Assembly: GCA_951406725.2 (NCBI GenBank)
Contig: OX597839.1
Span: forward strand, 19,282,001 to 19,346,000
Direction of reading: 5' to 3'
Length of the DNA: 64,000 nucleotides
Source of the DNA: Octopus vulgaris
Lineage: Eukaryota
In this document: piece by piece, positions 39,793 to 53,632 of the stretch
Position numbering within the stretch: position 1 is the first letter of the stretch
Layout of the letters: each line of letters starts with the position of its first letter
Position numbers and translations under genes: made by a program
The notes under the pieces: model-generated
Database searches by the model: none
Told to the model about the DNA's origin: nothing
Seen by the model: only the letters and a program-made list of their open reading frames with translations

Positions 39793-40903
39793 GTTAAGGT
39801 TCAAATCTGGCTGGAAAGCCTAGGAAACACTTTTCTTTCAAAATCTTAATCTAAATCTTACAACATTTGAATTTCTCTTTCATCTTACGCCTTCCGATAA
39901 AATAAGTACCAGTTAAGTACTTTTGTCTATTAAATCGACAAACCTCCTTTTATTCATTAAACATTCTTGTTGTGTTATAGTATGCGGTTTTTACTGCTGC
40001 TAAAGTGTACGTGTTATTATTGCTATTATTTACTTCAACACTACACGTAGCAGGACATTCCTAAACACTTTTATTTATGTTCCATTTTTCGTATCCGTAT
40101 TTTGAAAGCCCGAAATCCTTTAGAATTGATAGCGCTGTTCTCTCTCGCGTAAATTTACTGGTGTTTGATAGCAGTGTTTTTCTCCCTCGTAAATTTTCTG
40201 ACTGATTAAGGTTCTATATGCCTGTGTGTATGTGTGTGTATAAATTGATGTTGACTTTTGGTGTGAGAGCTTGCCTTTAAAGAGATAATCTTCAACGCTG
40301 TTATTTATCAAAGAAACGTTTGGGTCAAAGTATACACAACTATATTTAGTAACGACAATCTATGCAAAAGTAACACAGCTGAGGATTACCCAGGGAAGCC
40401 ATCAGCATGAAATGGGAATAGTAAATTGGATGATTGTGTATTTGTTGCATGAAGCTGAAGATCTTAATAAAAATTACACGCTTAGTAAACGATAATTTCT
40501 GGTCAAAAATGGAAGAGAAATTTGAATGAATGTAAATGAGTGATAGGCGCAGGTATGGCTGCGTGCTTAAGAAGATTGTTTGGCAGTTATATGGCTTGGG
40601 GTTCAGTCCTAACTGCGCAGCATCGGGCAGGTGCCTACTTATAACCCTGGGCCGACTACAGATGTGTGATGGCTTTAGTTGGCGGAAATTGTGTGGAGGC
40701 TCATGTATAGCTATATCTATCTATCTATCTATCTAGCTAGGTATCTGTCTACATATGTATATACGTGTGTGCATGTGTATCACTGAGTTAAAACATCACG
40801 AAACGGCTGTAATCATATACAAATCATGAGAATCAGATCTGCATTCACTTTTTATACCTGATTTGATGATTTTCTATCTTTCTGTTTATCTATTTGTATA
40901 CAC

Positions 40904-40939
<36 letters not shown>

Positions 40940-41559
40940 AAACACATGAAAGTCATTGACCAAGAGAAACAACTCGTCTCGGATCAACCCAAGAGCTGTG
41001 GATGCCGATGGTTCACAATTATTGCATTCTATCAACACCATACGTTGTTTCCGTTGGTTTGCAAGATTATTGATGTGAATTCGTACCTTGAAACATATAT
41101 TGTTGCATCTTGGGAGGGTCATTATGCCAATAAACACACGCACTGGTTCTATTTCACTTCTTTATCTTTTTAATCAAATTGATAACAATCTAACCAATTA
41201 GCCAAGCGATAGTTTGATCAAACGTTAGGTCAGACAATCAATCAATTAGATTTGTCAGTCTTTCCGTGGCCAATCGTTACCTTATCGATGACATTTCTCG
41301 CATACTCCAGATTTACACCACGTTTCGTGAATGATAGCAAGTTTTCCAATAACACTACCTGGTAGAAAATAGGGGTTAGAATCGGATCACCTGTCGGGAT
41401 TTGATCTCATAGCGTAAAGGATCATAAGGAGTATAGAATGTATGTTATTTTCTTAGCTAAAACATATCTCTTCACGGTATAACACGAACCCCCGTCTCTA
41501 CAATTTTGCTAAATAAACAAATAATTATATATACATATTTGTGTGCGTGTGAGTGTTCA

Positions 41560-41592
41560 GTATATATGTATATATACATATGTACGAATGCT

Positions 41593-41624
<32 letters not shown>

Positions 41625-41815
41625 TATACACACACACACAAATATATGGCTGTTTATATATGTATGTATATATATATATCTGTGTGTGTGTGGATATTTA
41701 CATATGTATGACATATATATACATACACGTATGCTGATATATGCATGTATACACAGATACACAGACGTATTTAAGTATGGATATTTATATATGTATATCA
41801 AATATATACGTATGC

Positions 41816-41863
<48 letters not shown>

Positions 41864-42023
41864 GTATATATATAAATATATACGTATGCTTATATATAAA
41901 TATATATACGTATGCTTATATATATATACATACATATATATATACATACATACATATATATATACATATATATACATATATATATACATATATATATACA
42001 TATATATATACATATATATATAC

Positions 42024-42054
<31 letters not shown>

Positions 42055-42067
42055 CATATATATATAC

Positions 42068-42120
<53 letters not shown>

Positions 42121-42133
42121 CATATATATATAC

Positions 42134-42224
<91 letters not shown>

Positions 42225-42482
42225 TGTCCTGTGTTCTGTTTTTTCGTTGTAAATAAAAGTCCGTTCCCTTGTTTTTATGTTTTCGTTTCTCGTTGAGTTC
42301 TACGTCTATTTGTGGTGTCCTGTACTCACATATATATATTTATATATGCATGTATATATACATGTAAATGTAGGTACGTACATATATGTATGTATGTATG
42401 CATATATTTTATTTATTACATTATTGTATGACTGAGCTTCCTCGCGTCGTTGCGTTTCGTTTCTTTCCTTTCTCCCAGTATG

Positions 42483-42529
<47 letters not shown>

Positions 42530-42559
42530 GTATATATATATATATATATATATATATAC

Positions 42560-42593
<34 letters not shown>

Positions 42594-42697
42594 GTATGCT
42601 TATATATATATATATGTATATACGTATGCTTATATATATAACGGGAAGCTTTATGAAAATAGACAAAAGACGAAGGCAGGTGGAAAACAAACGAACA

Positions 42698-42728
<31 letters not shown>

Positions 42729-42730
42729 AC

Positions 42731-42764
<34 letters not shown>

Positions 42765-42838
42765 GTATGCTTATATATATACGTATGCTTATATATATAT
42801 ATATATATATATATACGTATGCTTATATATATACGTAT

Positions 42839-42870
<32 letters not shown>

Positions 42871-42920
42871 TAAATATATACGTATGCTTTTATATATATA
42901 TACACACACACACATACAAA
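41560..42920. repeat. Large (TA)n/(TATACA)n/TACGTATGCT compound microsatellite with short unique inserts
   Basis: Direct reading. Confidence 0.9.
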
Positions 42921-43304
42921 CACAGAGATGTAGGAGATACTCGGATACAAGAGTACAATGATGTGTGTATGGTAAGGAGTACACGTGCACAACCCAAGTT
43001 GTTTCTGGTTCTTATTGTTTGTTTTTTTCCCCTATTCTTGTTGCTTATCTAATTTCTTGTTCGTTTTTCTAGTTTCCATTGACTGTTACTTGAGTTCATT
43101 GCGCGGACCCCATGGGAGGCGGCAATGCGATAATGAGAGGAATTTTCAAATTGCGTTTTTCCGTTTAAGTTTCCATAAAGACACGTGACTTCAATGGTAA
43201 CCAAAGATGAATGTGTAGTGTTTGTGTGCGTGCCTTTAACTTTTGTGCACCCTTTTCTTTCAGTATCTGTATATATGTGTGTAATGTATGTGAGTGCGTA
43301 TTTC

Positions 43305-43735
43305 TATACCTATCTATCTGTCTATCTTTATATCTGTATTTGTATATCTATCTATCCATCTGTCTATCTTTATATCTGTCTATCTTTATATCTGTATCTT
43401 TATATCTGTCTAACCATCTGTCTATCTTTATATCTGTCTGTCTGTGTGTCTGTCTGTCTGTCTGTCTGTCCGTATCTTCATGTCTGTCCGTCTTCATGTC
43501 TGTCTGTCTTCATATCTGTCCGTCTTCATGTCTGTCCGTCTTCATGTCTGTCTGTTTGTCTTCATGTCTGTCTGTCTGTCTTCATGTCTGTCTGTCTGTC
43601 TGTCTTCATGTCTGTCTGTCTGTCTTTTTGTCTGTCTGTTTTTATATCTGTCTGTCTGTATGTCTTCATGTCTGTCTGTCTATGTCTTTATGCCTGCCTG
43701 CTTGCCTGCCTGCCGTCTTGCCTACCTGTCTACAT
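43305..43735. repeat. (CTGT)n-derived minisatellite (CTGTCTATCTTTATAT grading into CTGTCTGTCTTCATGT)
   Basis: Repeated GTCTTCATGTCTGTC units. Confidence 0.85.
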
Positions 43736-43909
43736 TTCTTTCAGGCATTCAACTGCGGCCATGCTGGTGCACTCCCGCGAAAAGTATTTGCTTTTTAACT
43801 CTCGTACACATTCAATGTAACCGCTAAGTTACGAGGACGTAAACAAACCAACAGTGTTTATCAAGGGGAGTGGTAAGAAAAGATAAACACACAGACAGAC
43901 ACTCATATA

Positions 43910-44125
43910 CGAGGGGTTGCTGAAAAGTTCCTAGCTTTAAGGATGTAGCTAAAGGCCTTGTTGGAGGCCCAACCTTTCGAGTTCTTTAACAATGTTCAGA
44001 AAAGCAGAAGGGCCGCTGCAATAATGTGTGAACCCGATACGGGAATATGTTGGATAAAATCATAATTAACTGATCCTCCTGTATTTTCTTCTAACTAAAG
44101 ATAAGAAGTTTTTAGCACCCCCTCG
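43910..44125 (+). mobile_element. Mariner-derived MITE, complete
   Basis: TA-CGAGGGGTTGCTGAAAAGTTC ... GAAGTTTTTAGCACCCCCTCG-TA TIRs; internal remnant of the transposase C-terminus. Confidence 0.85.
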
Positions 44126-44129
44126 TAAT

Positions 44130-44530
44130 ATGTAGGAGTGGGCGTGTGGTAAGTAGCTTGCTCACGAACCACATGGTTCTGGGTTCAGTCTCACTGCGTG
44201 GCACTTGGGCAAGTGTCTTCTACTATAGCCTCGGGCCGACCAAAGCCTTGTGAGTGGATTTGGTAGACGGAAACTGAAAGAAGCCCATCGTATATATGTA
44301 TATATATATGTGTGTGCGTATATGTTTGTGTGTGTGTTTTTCCCCCTCCCCCCAACATCGCTTGACAACCGATGTTGGTGTGTTTACGTTCCCGTAACTT
44401 AGCGGTTTCGGCAAAAGAGACCGATAGAATAAGTACTAGGCTTACAAAGAATAAGTACTGTGGTCGATTTGCTCGACCAAAGGCGGTGCTCCGGCATGGC
44501 CATAGTCAAATGACTGAAACAAGTAAAAGA

Positions 44531-44531
<1 letters not shown>
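44130..44531 (+). mobile_element. SINE family B, near full length (inverted partial copies at ~43740-43890 and ~44600-44740)
   Basis: Family B head, body and tail motifs. Confidence 0.9.
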
Positions 44532-44590
<59 letters not shown>

Positions 44591-45157
44591 CACAAACACG
44601 TGACGGGCTTTAAGTTTCCCTCCACCAAATCTACTCTCAAGGCTCTGGTCAGCCAAGAGCTATAGTAGAAATGTCTTGCTCAACGTGTCACACAGTGGTC
44701 GAAACACAGAACCATAGGATTGGGAAGTAAAATTCTTGCGTGAGCTGGTATATTTTCTTTCTCCCATCCGAAGAAGTGTAGGACCTGCTAACTGATTTCC
44801 ATGGCGTATAAACGAACGAGAACACGACATTCTCTCTGGACGGGAGGTGATCAGTTTTGAGAGGAGGGTACAAATCGATTTCATCAGTCCAAGCACTTGA
44901 CTGGTACTTTATTTTATGAACCCGAAAGGAATAAAAGTCAAATGTAATAGCGGCAGGATGAGAAGTCAAATTGTAAAGCCGGAGCAAATGCCGGTAACAA
45001 TTTTGTCCGGCATGTGAAGGATTCATCATGCCGGCCTTTTACATATATATATATTAATGAAATTCCTGATTTTCACGTCATATTTGCAATTTTGACAATA
45101 TTGAAATAATCTAGTACTTTCGTGCAAATACACATAAACAACAAAATAATAATTCAT

Positions 45158-45274
45158 AGGTTCCAGGTTCAGCCCCACTGCGTGGCACCTTGGGGAAATG
45201 TCTTCTACTATAGCCTCGGGCCGACCAAAGCCTTGTGAGTGAAATTGGTAGACGGAAACTGAAAGAAGCCCATC

Positions 45275-45325
<51 letters not shown>

Positions 45326-45560
45326 TATATATGTATGTATGTATGTGTATATGCTGTGTGTCTGTGTTTGTCCCCCCAACATCGATTGACAACCGATGCT
45401 GGTGTGTTTGGGTCCCCGTAACTTCGCGGTTTGGCAAAAGAGACCGAGAGAATATCTACTTAGCTTACAAAGAATAAGTCTTGGGGTCGATTTGATTCGA
45501 CTAAAGGCGGTACTCCGGCATCCCCGCAGTCAAATGACTGAAACAAGTAAAAGAATAAAA
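45158..45560 (+). mobile_element. SINE family B, 5'-truncated
   Basis: GGTTCCAGGTTCAGCCCCACTGCGTGGCACCTTGGG... CAAATGACTGAAACAAGTAAAAGAAT. Confidence 0.88.
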
Positions 45561-45835
45561 AAAGTTATCGACACCTCGTCTCTCGACTCGTGAATTCCTT
45601 GCTAGCTCAGACTTAGATGTAATATAATAAAAATACTGATTGGAGTCGCGAATAATGAAGGTCGTTCCAAACTGTATGTAATTAATCAATCGGGCTTACT
45701 TGCAATAGATGAACGTTGACATGTAAATTTTGTGATTAATTTTCATGGATTTTAATTTCCCTGCATGAGAGGCCCACAACGAACTTGAGATACCATGGGC
45801 CTACAAGCTTTACACCCAACCCTGGTTCCAGTCGT

Positions 45836-46260
45836 AGCCATTGTCTACGCCGCATCCTTCGTGTCCGATGGCATCACTTTGTCTCCAACATCAGTGCAAA
45901 ATCACTTCCCTCCGTCAAGTCATCCTAACGAGACGTCTGCGTTGGCTGGGTCATGCCCTCCGTCGTCAACCAGGAGAATTCATCTACGAAGCAATTGCCC
46001 CAGCTCCCCTTCAGGTTTGGTGAAAGCGATGTGGAGGACAACGAAAAACCTGGCTGATGACAGTCAAGGCTGATCTGGGACCCAACCTAGGCCCCCATAT
46101 CTACGGCGTTCGTCGCTGGAATAAGGAGTGGTTGGAGATCACACGGTCGTTAGCCTCAAATCGCCAGGCCTGGCCGGCGTTTGTGAGAGATGCAGCATTG
46201 AGGATGAATGAAGCCAGCTCAACCCAACCCGGGTGAATGCTGTCTCAAGACAAGACAAGA
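45836..46260 (+). mobile_element. RTE-clade LINE 3' end (5'-truncated, disrupted)
   Basis: HCLRRILRVRWHHFVSN / RRLRWLGHALRR...GGQRKTW...LASNRQAW...SSTQPG* (stop 46234-46236) with one frameshift and one internal stop; (CAAGA)3 tail. Confidence 0.88.
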
Positions 46261-46762
46261 GGATCGTCCTTTCGTCTATGAATCATAAAATGTGACGTTT
46301 CTTTTTCCAGACAGTGGGATATTATTTGACAGACATTTGGCTGCTATGTCTAGTAGACCGGGTAACTACGTAGAGTAGTTCTCACATTAACAGGAACCGA
46401 CTTGTGACGCTGTCAGGTTAAGAATAAGCTAGGTAATTTAACACAATGCAGGCGATTTCCTATTAAAGAGGAGGTGGAAGTTTCGAATTCCTTCAGTGGC
46501 GGGTTCCTCATTATTTTTGCAATCTCGAATTGTTATTTGAAAGGTATAAAGTTTCATCCACACACACACACATACACAAACACACACACACACGCTGTCT
46601 TACACACATGAACTGTTACACGTTTCACTCATTCCAGACTGCGGATTGTGGTCATGCTGAGGCTCAGCTATCAAATTCTTCATTCATTGTTTCTCTGCAG
46701 GAGGTGAAAACATTCGCACACGTTTTCAACATGAATACACGCGCACACTCAGAGAGAGAGTA

Positions 46763-46799
<37 letters not shown>

Positions 46800-47279
46800 T
46801 TGCCTTTCAGATACAAACACATATATAGATAGATGCATGTCTTAGAAAGACGGCCAGCTGCAGCAATCGTGTATTTACAAATACGCAAACACAACACATC
46901 ATACGTACTCATACATACAAGACTCTTGATCATATCGATTAAACTACAAAGTTCACACATGTGCCCATACGTGTGTGTGTGTGTGTATGATGGCATGTGT
47001 GTATATGGGGATTTTTATAACCCCTGGTGATTTGTTTAGACGAAATTATCTGCGAATGTAGGGTCCTATAAACACCAAGCCACTTTTGTTTTTCATCAGG
47101 ACAAAATACCTGAGCACTTAGAAGGTACGTCTGGAATATCTGCAATATCCATGTCAGGGATGCCAAAGATCTTGGGAGGAACCAGAGTATGTATGTATGT
47201 ATGTGTGTGGTTGTGTGTGTGTAGTTGTGTGTGGAATCTTTTTGTTTTTTCTCTTTAAAAAAGAAAAAAATTTCATACA

Positions 47280-47326
<47 letters not shown>

Positions 47327-47619
47327 CCGACATCTTTGGCTTGTATGTATGTGATTGTGAATGAGTGTATGTGAATATGCATGTATGTATGTATGTTTGT
47401 ATGTGCGTATGTATGTGTAAGTATGTGTGTGTATGTATGTATGTGTGTGTATGTATGTATGTGTGTGTATGTAAGTATGTGTGTGTATGTATGTGTGTGT
47501 ATGTATGCATGTGTATGTATGTGTGTGTGAGTATGTGTGTGTGCGTGTGTGTATGTGTGTGTATGTATGTGCGTGTATGTATATGCATGTGTGTATGTGT
47601 GTGTGTATCTATGTATGAA

Positions 47620-47694
<75 letters not shown>

Positions 47695-47940
47695 ATACAT
47701 ATCCATTAATGTGTATGGATGTATGTCTGTGTGTATATTATATATATATATATATACATATGCATGAGGTATGTACATATATTTGCATATATATATATGT
47801 ACGCACTCACATGTATACATGTGCGCTTATACATATTTGTACGTGTATTTATATGTATATATATATATGCATTTATAAATGTAATAGTTTGTACTACATA
47901 CGTCACATTATATACATGTATACATGTATGTATGTAGACA
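47280..47940. repeat. (CA)n, (TATG)n/(TG)n microsatellites
   Basis: Direct reading. Confidence 0.9.
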
Positions 47941-48189
47941 TCGGCATCTGATATAGAATACAATGAAACCAAACTCCACATTCAACTGGAAAGCGTGTAA
48001 ATGCGAAACACGTGTGTTTCTTTTGAAGTCGGATAGAATCTTAACCAAACTTGCAATACCAACATATTTATTTCACATGTCTGTGGGAAAGGCATGAGTG
48101 TCACCTCTTCCCTTTAAATTGGTGTTGCTCGAGACTTCGTTTCCTGTCTCGTAATCGCTCCATTTTCTCTCTAACAGATCTGGAAGGAT

Positions 48190-48805
<616 letters not shown>

Positions 48806-49164
48806 ATATAAAATGCGTTTTGCCTGTCAGTCTGTGTCCACCCGGTTGCGCTCAAATTTGATATGTAGATACCGACGGTATCAGGGCGCGTATAAGTCCT
48901 GAAAAAATTACAAAAATCGATTCCAGCTGAGAATGTCATCGATAAAGCCATGGGAACGTGCATTTGTAAAATCGTTTTTCTTTGGAATAGAAAAAAGTCT
49001 ATCTTTATTTCTTCTTTTGCTGGTGTCTCAAATTTATGTTAAATCAGTGTTTCTCAAAGGGGAGGCCTATGGAACGGTCGGACAAGTTGTTTTGAGAAAA
49101 TTTGGTTTAAATGTTTGACAACAGACCACCGTCCATTGGACGGGGGAGGGGGGCGTTTTGCTCG
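48806..49164 (+). mobile_element. Second non-autonomous Helitron-like family
   Basis: Begins TATATAAAA..CTGTCAGTCTGTG out of a TA tract; subterminal inverted repeat CCGTCCATTGGACGG (49129-49143); ends CTCG|T (variant of CTAG); 5' part shared with 54094-54260. Confidence 0.55.
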
Positions 49165-49198
49165 TGTATATATATATTTATATATATTTTTATATATA

Positions 49199-49616
49199 GG
49201 CGCAGGAGTGGCTGTGTAGTAAGTAGCTTGCTAACCAACCACATGGTTCCGGGTTCAGTCCCACTGCGTGGCATCTTGGGCAAGTGTCTTCTGCTATAGA
49301 CCCGGGCCGACCAATGCCTTGTGAGTGGATTTGGTAGACGGAAACTGAAAGAAGCCTGTCGTATATATGTATGTACATATATATATATATGTATGTGTGT
49401 GTTTGTGCGTCTGTGTTTGTTCCCCTAGCATTGCTTGACAACTGATGCTGGTGTGTTTACGTCCCCGTCACTAAGCGGTTCGGCAAAAGGAGAACCGATA
49501 GAATAAGTACTGGGCTTACAAAAAGAATAAGTCCCGGGGTCGAGTTGCTCGTCTAAAGGCGGTGCTCCAGCATGGCCGCAGTCAAATGACTGAAACAAGT
49601 AAAAGAGTAAAGAGTA
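49199..49616 (+). mobile_element. SINE family B, full length
   Basis: Complete head to ...AAGTAAAAGAGTAAAGAGTA, flanked by TA-rich sequence. Confidence 0.92.
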
Positions 49617-49619
49617 ATA

Positions 49620-49649
<30 letters not shown>

Positions 49650-49661
<12 letters not shown>

Positions 49662-49798
49662 TAAGGGTAGAAATCAATATTTATCAATTAAAACCAGTGG
49701 TCCAGCATATTAAAAAAAGAATCCGAAGATTAAATATTTATATATACCAATTAAGGACTGAACACTTTTTCGTGTTCAGTCCTTAATTGGTATATATA
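49650..49798 (+). mobile_element. Fold-back element in a (TA)n tract (25-bp perfect arms)
   Basis: 49741-49765 is the reverse complement of 49772-49796; body shares AAAACCAGT[GA]GTCCAGCATA with ~57610-57629. Confidence 0.75.
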
Positions 49799-50189
49799 TA
49801 TATATCTGAGAGTTATTTTCTTAAAGTGATATTTCTATAGCGAGTGAAGTAGCATGTGATATAAACATGCTGTTAGATATAAACATGAGAGCTGGGGTAG
49901 ATATTGTTATCGATATCATTGTTATTATCATCATAATCATCTTCGTAATTGTAATCAACATCGTCATCATCATTATCAAACGTATGCTGCTGTTTATGAG
50001 AATATTCGTCGTTGTGGTAATCATCGTCGATATCGTCAAATTTATCATTACTCGGCCGACCTAAGCCTCATCATCTCTTCCTTTTTTTCTATGTTGTCAT
50101 CATCGCCTGTCATCGTTCCCCTCGTCATCATCATCATCGTATTCCTCATTATCATCTTTGTCGTTATCATATTTTTCTTCTTTTTGTGC

Positions 50190-50486
50190 CCTTTTAAAGC
50201 CAAGCCCGGCTCATGGGCGCCCTTTCCCGGTTTCTAAGGCGTATGTGCTCCCCCCCCCCCCAGCTGGAAGGGGCGCCAGTCCCTCGCAGCGTTACTGAAG
50301 AAACAGAAAGAAAGGGTGAGAAAAAGTTGGGGCGAAAGAGTACAACAGGAGTATCCACCATCCCCTGCCGGAGCGTCGTGGAGTTTAGGTGTTTTTCGCT
50401 CAATAAACACTCACAACGCCCGGTCTGGGAATCGAAACCGCGATCCTACGACCGCGAGTCTGCTGCCCTAACCACTGGGCCATTGC
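50190..50486 (-). mobile_element. SINE family C with V-domain-like tail
   Basis: Reverse complement of 8221-8520. Confidence 0.85.
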
Positions 50487-50774
50487 AGATAACCACGAGG
50501 CTCCGGCAGGGTGTGGTGGCTCGTAATCCTCTCTACTAAGAACAAGGTTTGAATTTTAGTGGGAGAAGGGGTCCTGGTCAATAACATTGATCTCAGTGCT
50601 CAAACTGATACCTTTCTTATCGATCCGATAAAAGAAAAAATTGGCGGGATTTGAACAAGAAAATGGCGGCAAAGCTGCAATGACAGCCGTGTTAGACGTG
50701 GAATACAGACCAGCGTATAACTTGTTTGACTTTGTGCTTTTATTCTCTTTTTTTTTGTTTTTCTCATCCCTTTT

Positions 50775-51340
50775 TTTTGACATGCGCATTGCGTTTTTAA
50801 TCTTCCCTTTTGACATGCGCATTGCGTTTTTATTCTTATCTTTTTTTGACATGTGCATTCCCTTTTTAATCTTCCTTTTTGACATGTACATTGCGTTTTT
50901 ATTCTTCTCTTCCCTTTCTTTTGACATGCGCATTGCGTTTTTATTCTCTTCCCTTTTGACATGCGCATTGTGTTTTTATTCTCTTCCCTTTTGACATGCG
51001 CATTGCATTGTTATTCTCTTCCCTTTTGACATCCGCATTGCGTTTTTATTCTCTTCCCTTTTGACATGCGCATTGCGTTTTTATTCTTATCTTGTTTTGA
51101 CATCCGCATTTCGTTTTTATTCCGATCTTCTCTTGACATGCGCATTGCATTTTTATTCTCTTCCCTTTTGACATGCGCATTGCGTTTTTATTCTCTTCCC
51201 TTTTGACATGCGCATTCCGTTTTTATTCTTATCTTGTTTTGACATGCGCATTCCGTTTTTATTCGTCCTTTTTGACATGTACATTGCGTTTTTATTCTTC
51301 TCTCCCCTTTCTTTTGACATGCGCATTGCGTTTTTATTCA
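50775..51340. repeat. Minisatellite, 16 units of 33-42 bp (TTTTGACATGCGCATTGCGTTTTTATTCTCTTCCC)
   Basis: 16 GACAT cores counted. Confidence 0.95.
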
Positions 51341-51722
51341 CTTCCGTTTTACGAATTCAGTGTGCACATGTGCATTGCAGGTTCATTCTTCTTTTCTCGG
51401 TTCTTATTCAAAACTGTTTATAGATCGATCTCAACAACTGCGTTCATGGGGAGTTGCTTCGCGCTCCGATGGTTGTGAGAAAACGTTAAAAGCCGGAAGT
51501 CATGTCGCTAAGTATTTATGTCCGGTGCGGTAATGATTCAGGCAGCTCTTAACTATTTGAGTTCAAATTCCATGAAGGTCATCTTTGCCTTTCAACCTTT
51601 CGGAGTTGATAAGTATCACTGAAGTACTGATGTCGAAGTAATCGGCTCCACTCTCGCCCACCCCCACAAAATCTGCGGCTCCCATGTCAGAAACTTGAAA
51701 CAGTTATTTAATTTCGTTCTAA

Positions 51723-52340
51723 GGCGGCGAGCTGGCAGAAACGTTAGCACGCCGAGCGAAATGCGTAGCCGTATTTCGTCTGCTGTTACGTTCTGAGTTC
51801 AAATTCTGCCGAGGTCGACTTTGCCTTTCATCCTTTCGGAGTCGATTAAATAAGTACCAGTTACGCACTGGGGTCGATATAATCGACTTAATCCGTGTGT
51901 CTGTCCTTGTTTGTCCCCTCTGTGTTTAGCCCCTTGTAGGTAGTAAAGAAATAGGTATTTCGTCTGTCTTACGTTCTGAGTTCAAATTCCGCCGAGGTCG
52001 ACTTCGCCTTTCATCCTTTCAGAGTCGCTAAATTAAGTACCAGTAATGCACTGGGATCCATGTAATCGACTTAATCCGTTTGTCTTTCCTTGTTTGTCCC
52101 CTCTATGTTTAGCCACTTGTGGGCAATAAAGAAATAAGCAACGTTAGCACACCAAGCGAAATGCCTAGCGGTATTTCGTCTGTCGTACGTTCTGAGTTCA
52201 AATTCCGCCGAGGTCGACTTTGCCTTTCATCCTTTCAGGGTCGATAAATTAAGTACCAGTTGCGTACTGTAGTCGATCTAATCGACTGACCCCACCCCCA
52301 TCCCCAAAATTTCGGGTCTTGTACTTAAAGCAGAAAAAAA
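51723..52340 (+). mobile_element. SINE family A trimeric composite (degenerate monomers adjacent at ~51460-51710 and ~52340-52420)
   Basis: Same architecture as 9027-9642. Confidence 0.9.
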
Positions 52341-52854
52341 TCGTTAGGGCGTCGGCCAAAAATGCTTAAGGCACTTCGAGTTCAAATTCCGAGTTCAAAT
52401 TCCACCAACATCGACTTTCCCTCTGTTGTGCAGCGGAATGGGATTGAACTCAAAACCACGTGGTTGTATATCCATCCCAGCGTATATCTATTGATTTACC
52501 TACTTATTTTTGTTTTGTGCGTTTCTGACAATATATCCCACCTCTCACTCGCAGCGTACGTTTTCTATATTCTAAGCCACCCTTGCCGATAGTGGAATGC
52601 ATTCATAATAGAAACCTAAGAAGCCAGGTTCATTTGGCAACTTGGAAGTAAAAGCTACACGGATTTGTTTATGTTCTACAGTCAGCCACAATGAAATCTG
52701 TTTGTTTTTGGCAGAAAGAATCGGTTCAGATTTCCTATCTTTATCTCGCTTTTGCAACGAATGTAAGGAAATATCGTATTCCGGTATCGCACGAGCCTGA
52801 TGTAAGAAACTCCAGCTAAATCTACTTCAGACTGTTAATTTTTCTGAGATTTTA

Positions 52855-53016
52855 CAAGGGCGTGCTGAAAAGTTCCTGGCCTTAAGGATATCGCGGAAGG
52901 CTTGGTTGAAAGCCCAACTTCCCGAGTTTCTTTACAGGGCTTAGAAAACCTAAAGGTCCGCCGCAATAAATGTGTGAATCTAAGAGGGGAATATGTTGAA
53001 TAAAATCATAATTAAC
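52855..53016 (+). mobile_element. Mariner-derived MITE, 3'-truncated; same family as 43910-44125
   Basis: TA-CAAGGGCGTGCTGAAAAGTTCCTGG; encodes RRNKCVNLRGEYVE*, like the mariner transposase C-terminus (KCVxxxGxYxE). Confidence 0.8.
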
Positions 53017-53292
53017 CTAGATCAACCTCGTCTTTCATCTTTTCAGGATCGATGAAATAAGTAGCATTTGGGCACTGGGATCAGTATAATCGGTAAGCCC
53101 CTTTCCCAAAATTTCAGGCCTAGTATATGCAGCAGGAATGGTTTGTCTCAAAGAAAAATCGTTACAGAATTGAACAAAATTCGAAGCAGCATTTGGTCCT
53201 ACTCTTTATATTCTGGTTTCAAATCCCGCAGAGGCAAAATTTGCATTTTGTCATTTCGAGGGTTATTAAAACATACATGAGGTAGTGCATGT

Positions 53293-53338
<46 letters not shown>

Positions 53339-53344
<6 letters not shown>

Positions 53345-53632
53345 ATTAGAGACAAAACCACTATTATGCAAATCAAACAAAGAAAGATATATATTTATAT
53401 TATTTTGAAATTTAACAATTATTAATAATTGTGGATAGTAATAATTGTTAAATTTCAAAATAATATAAATTAATTTATGTATTGGATTAAGTCTTTCTTT
53501 GTTTGATTTGCATAATAGTGGTTTTGTCTCTAATTTATATAATATAATATTTTACTATAAATTGGATTCAATCCTAAATCTGACTTTTCCCTGTAAGTTT
53601 GGATTTATTCCCTAATATTTATTATTAATTTA
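53339..53632. mobile_element. Fold-back element in a (TA)n tract (49-bp outer + 32-bp inner arms)
   Basis: 53339-53387 pairs with 53492-53540 and 53393-53424 pairs with 53439-53470; unpaired AT-rich body continues to the next (TA)n. Confidence 0.8.

Noticed and set aside
50556-51478. Lys-rich KNAMRMSK ORFs and CRISPR-like periodicity
   Set aside because: Products of the 33-42 bp minisatellite; the inter-core sequences are variants of one another, not unique spacers.
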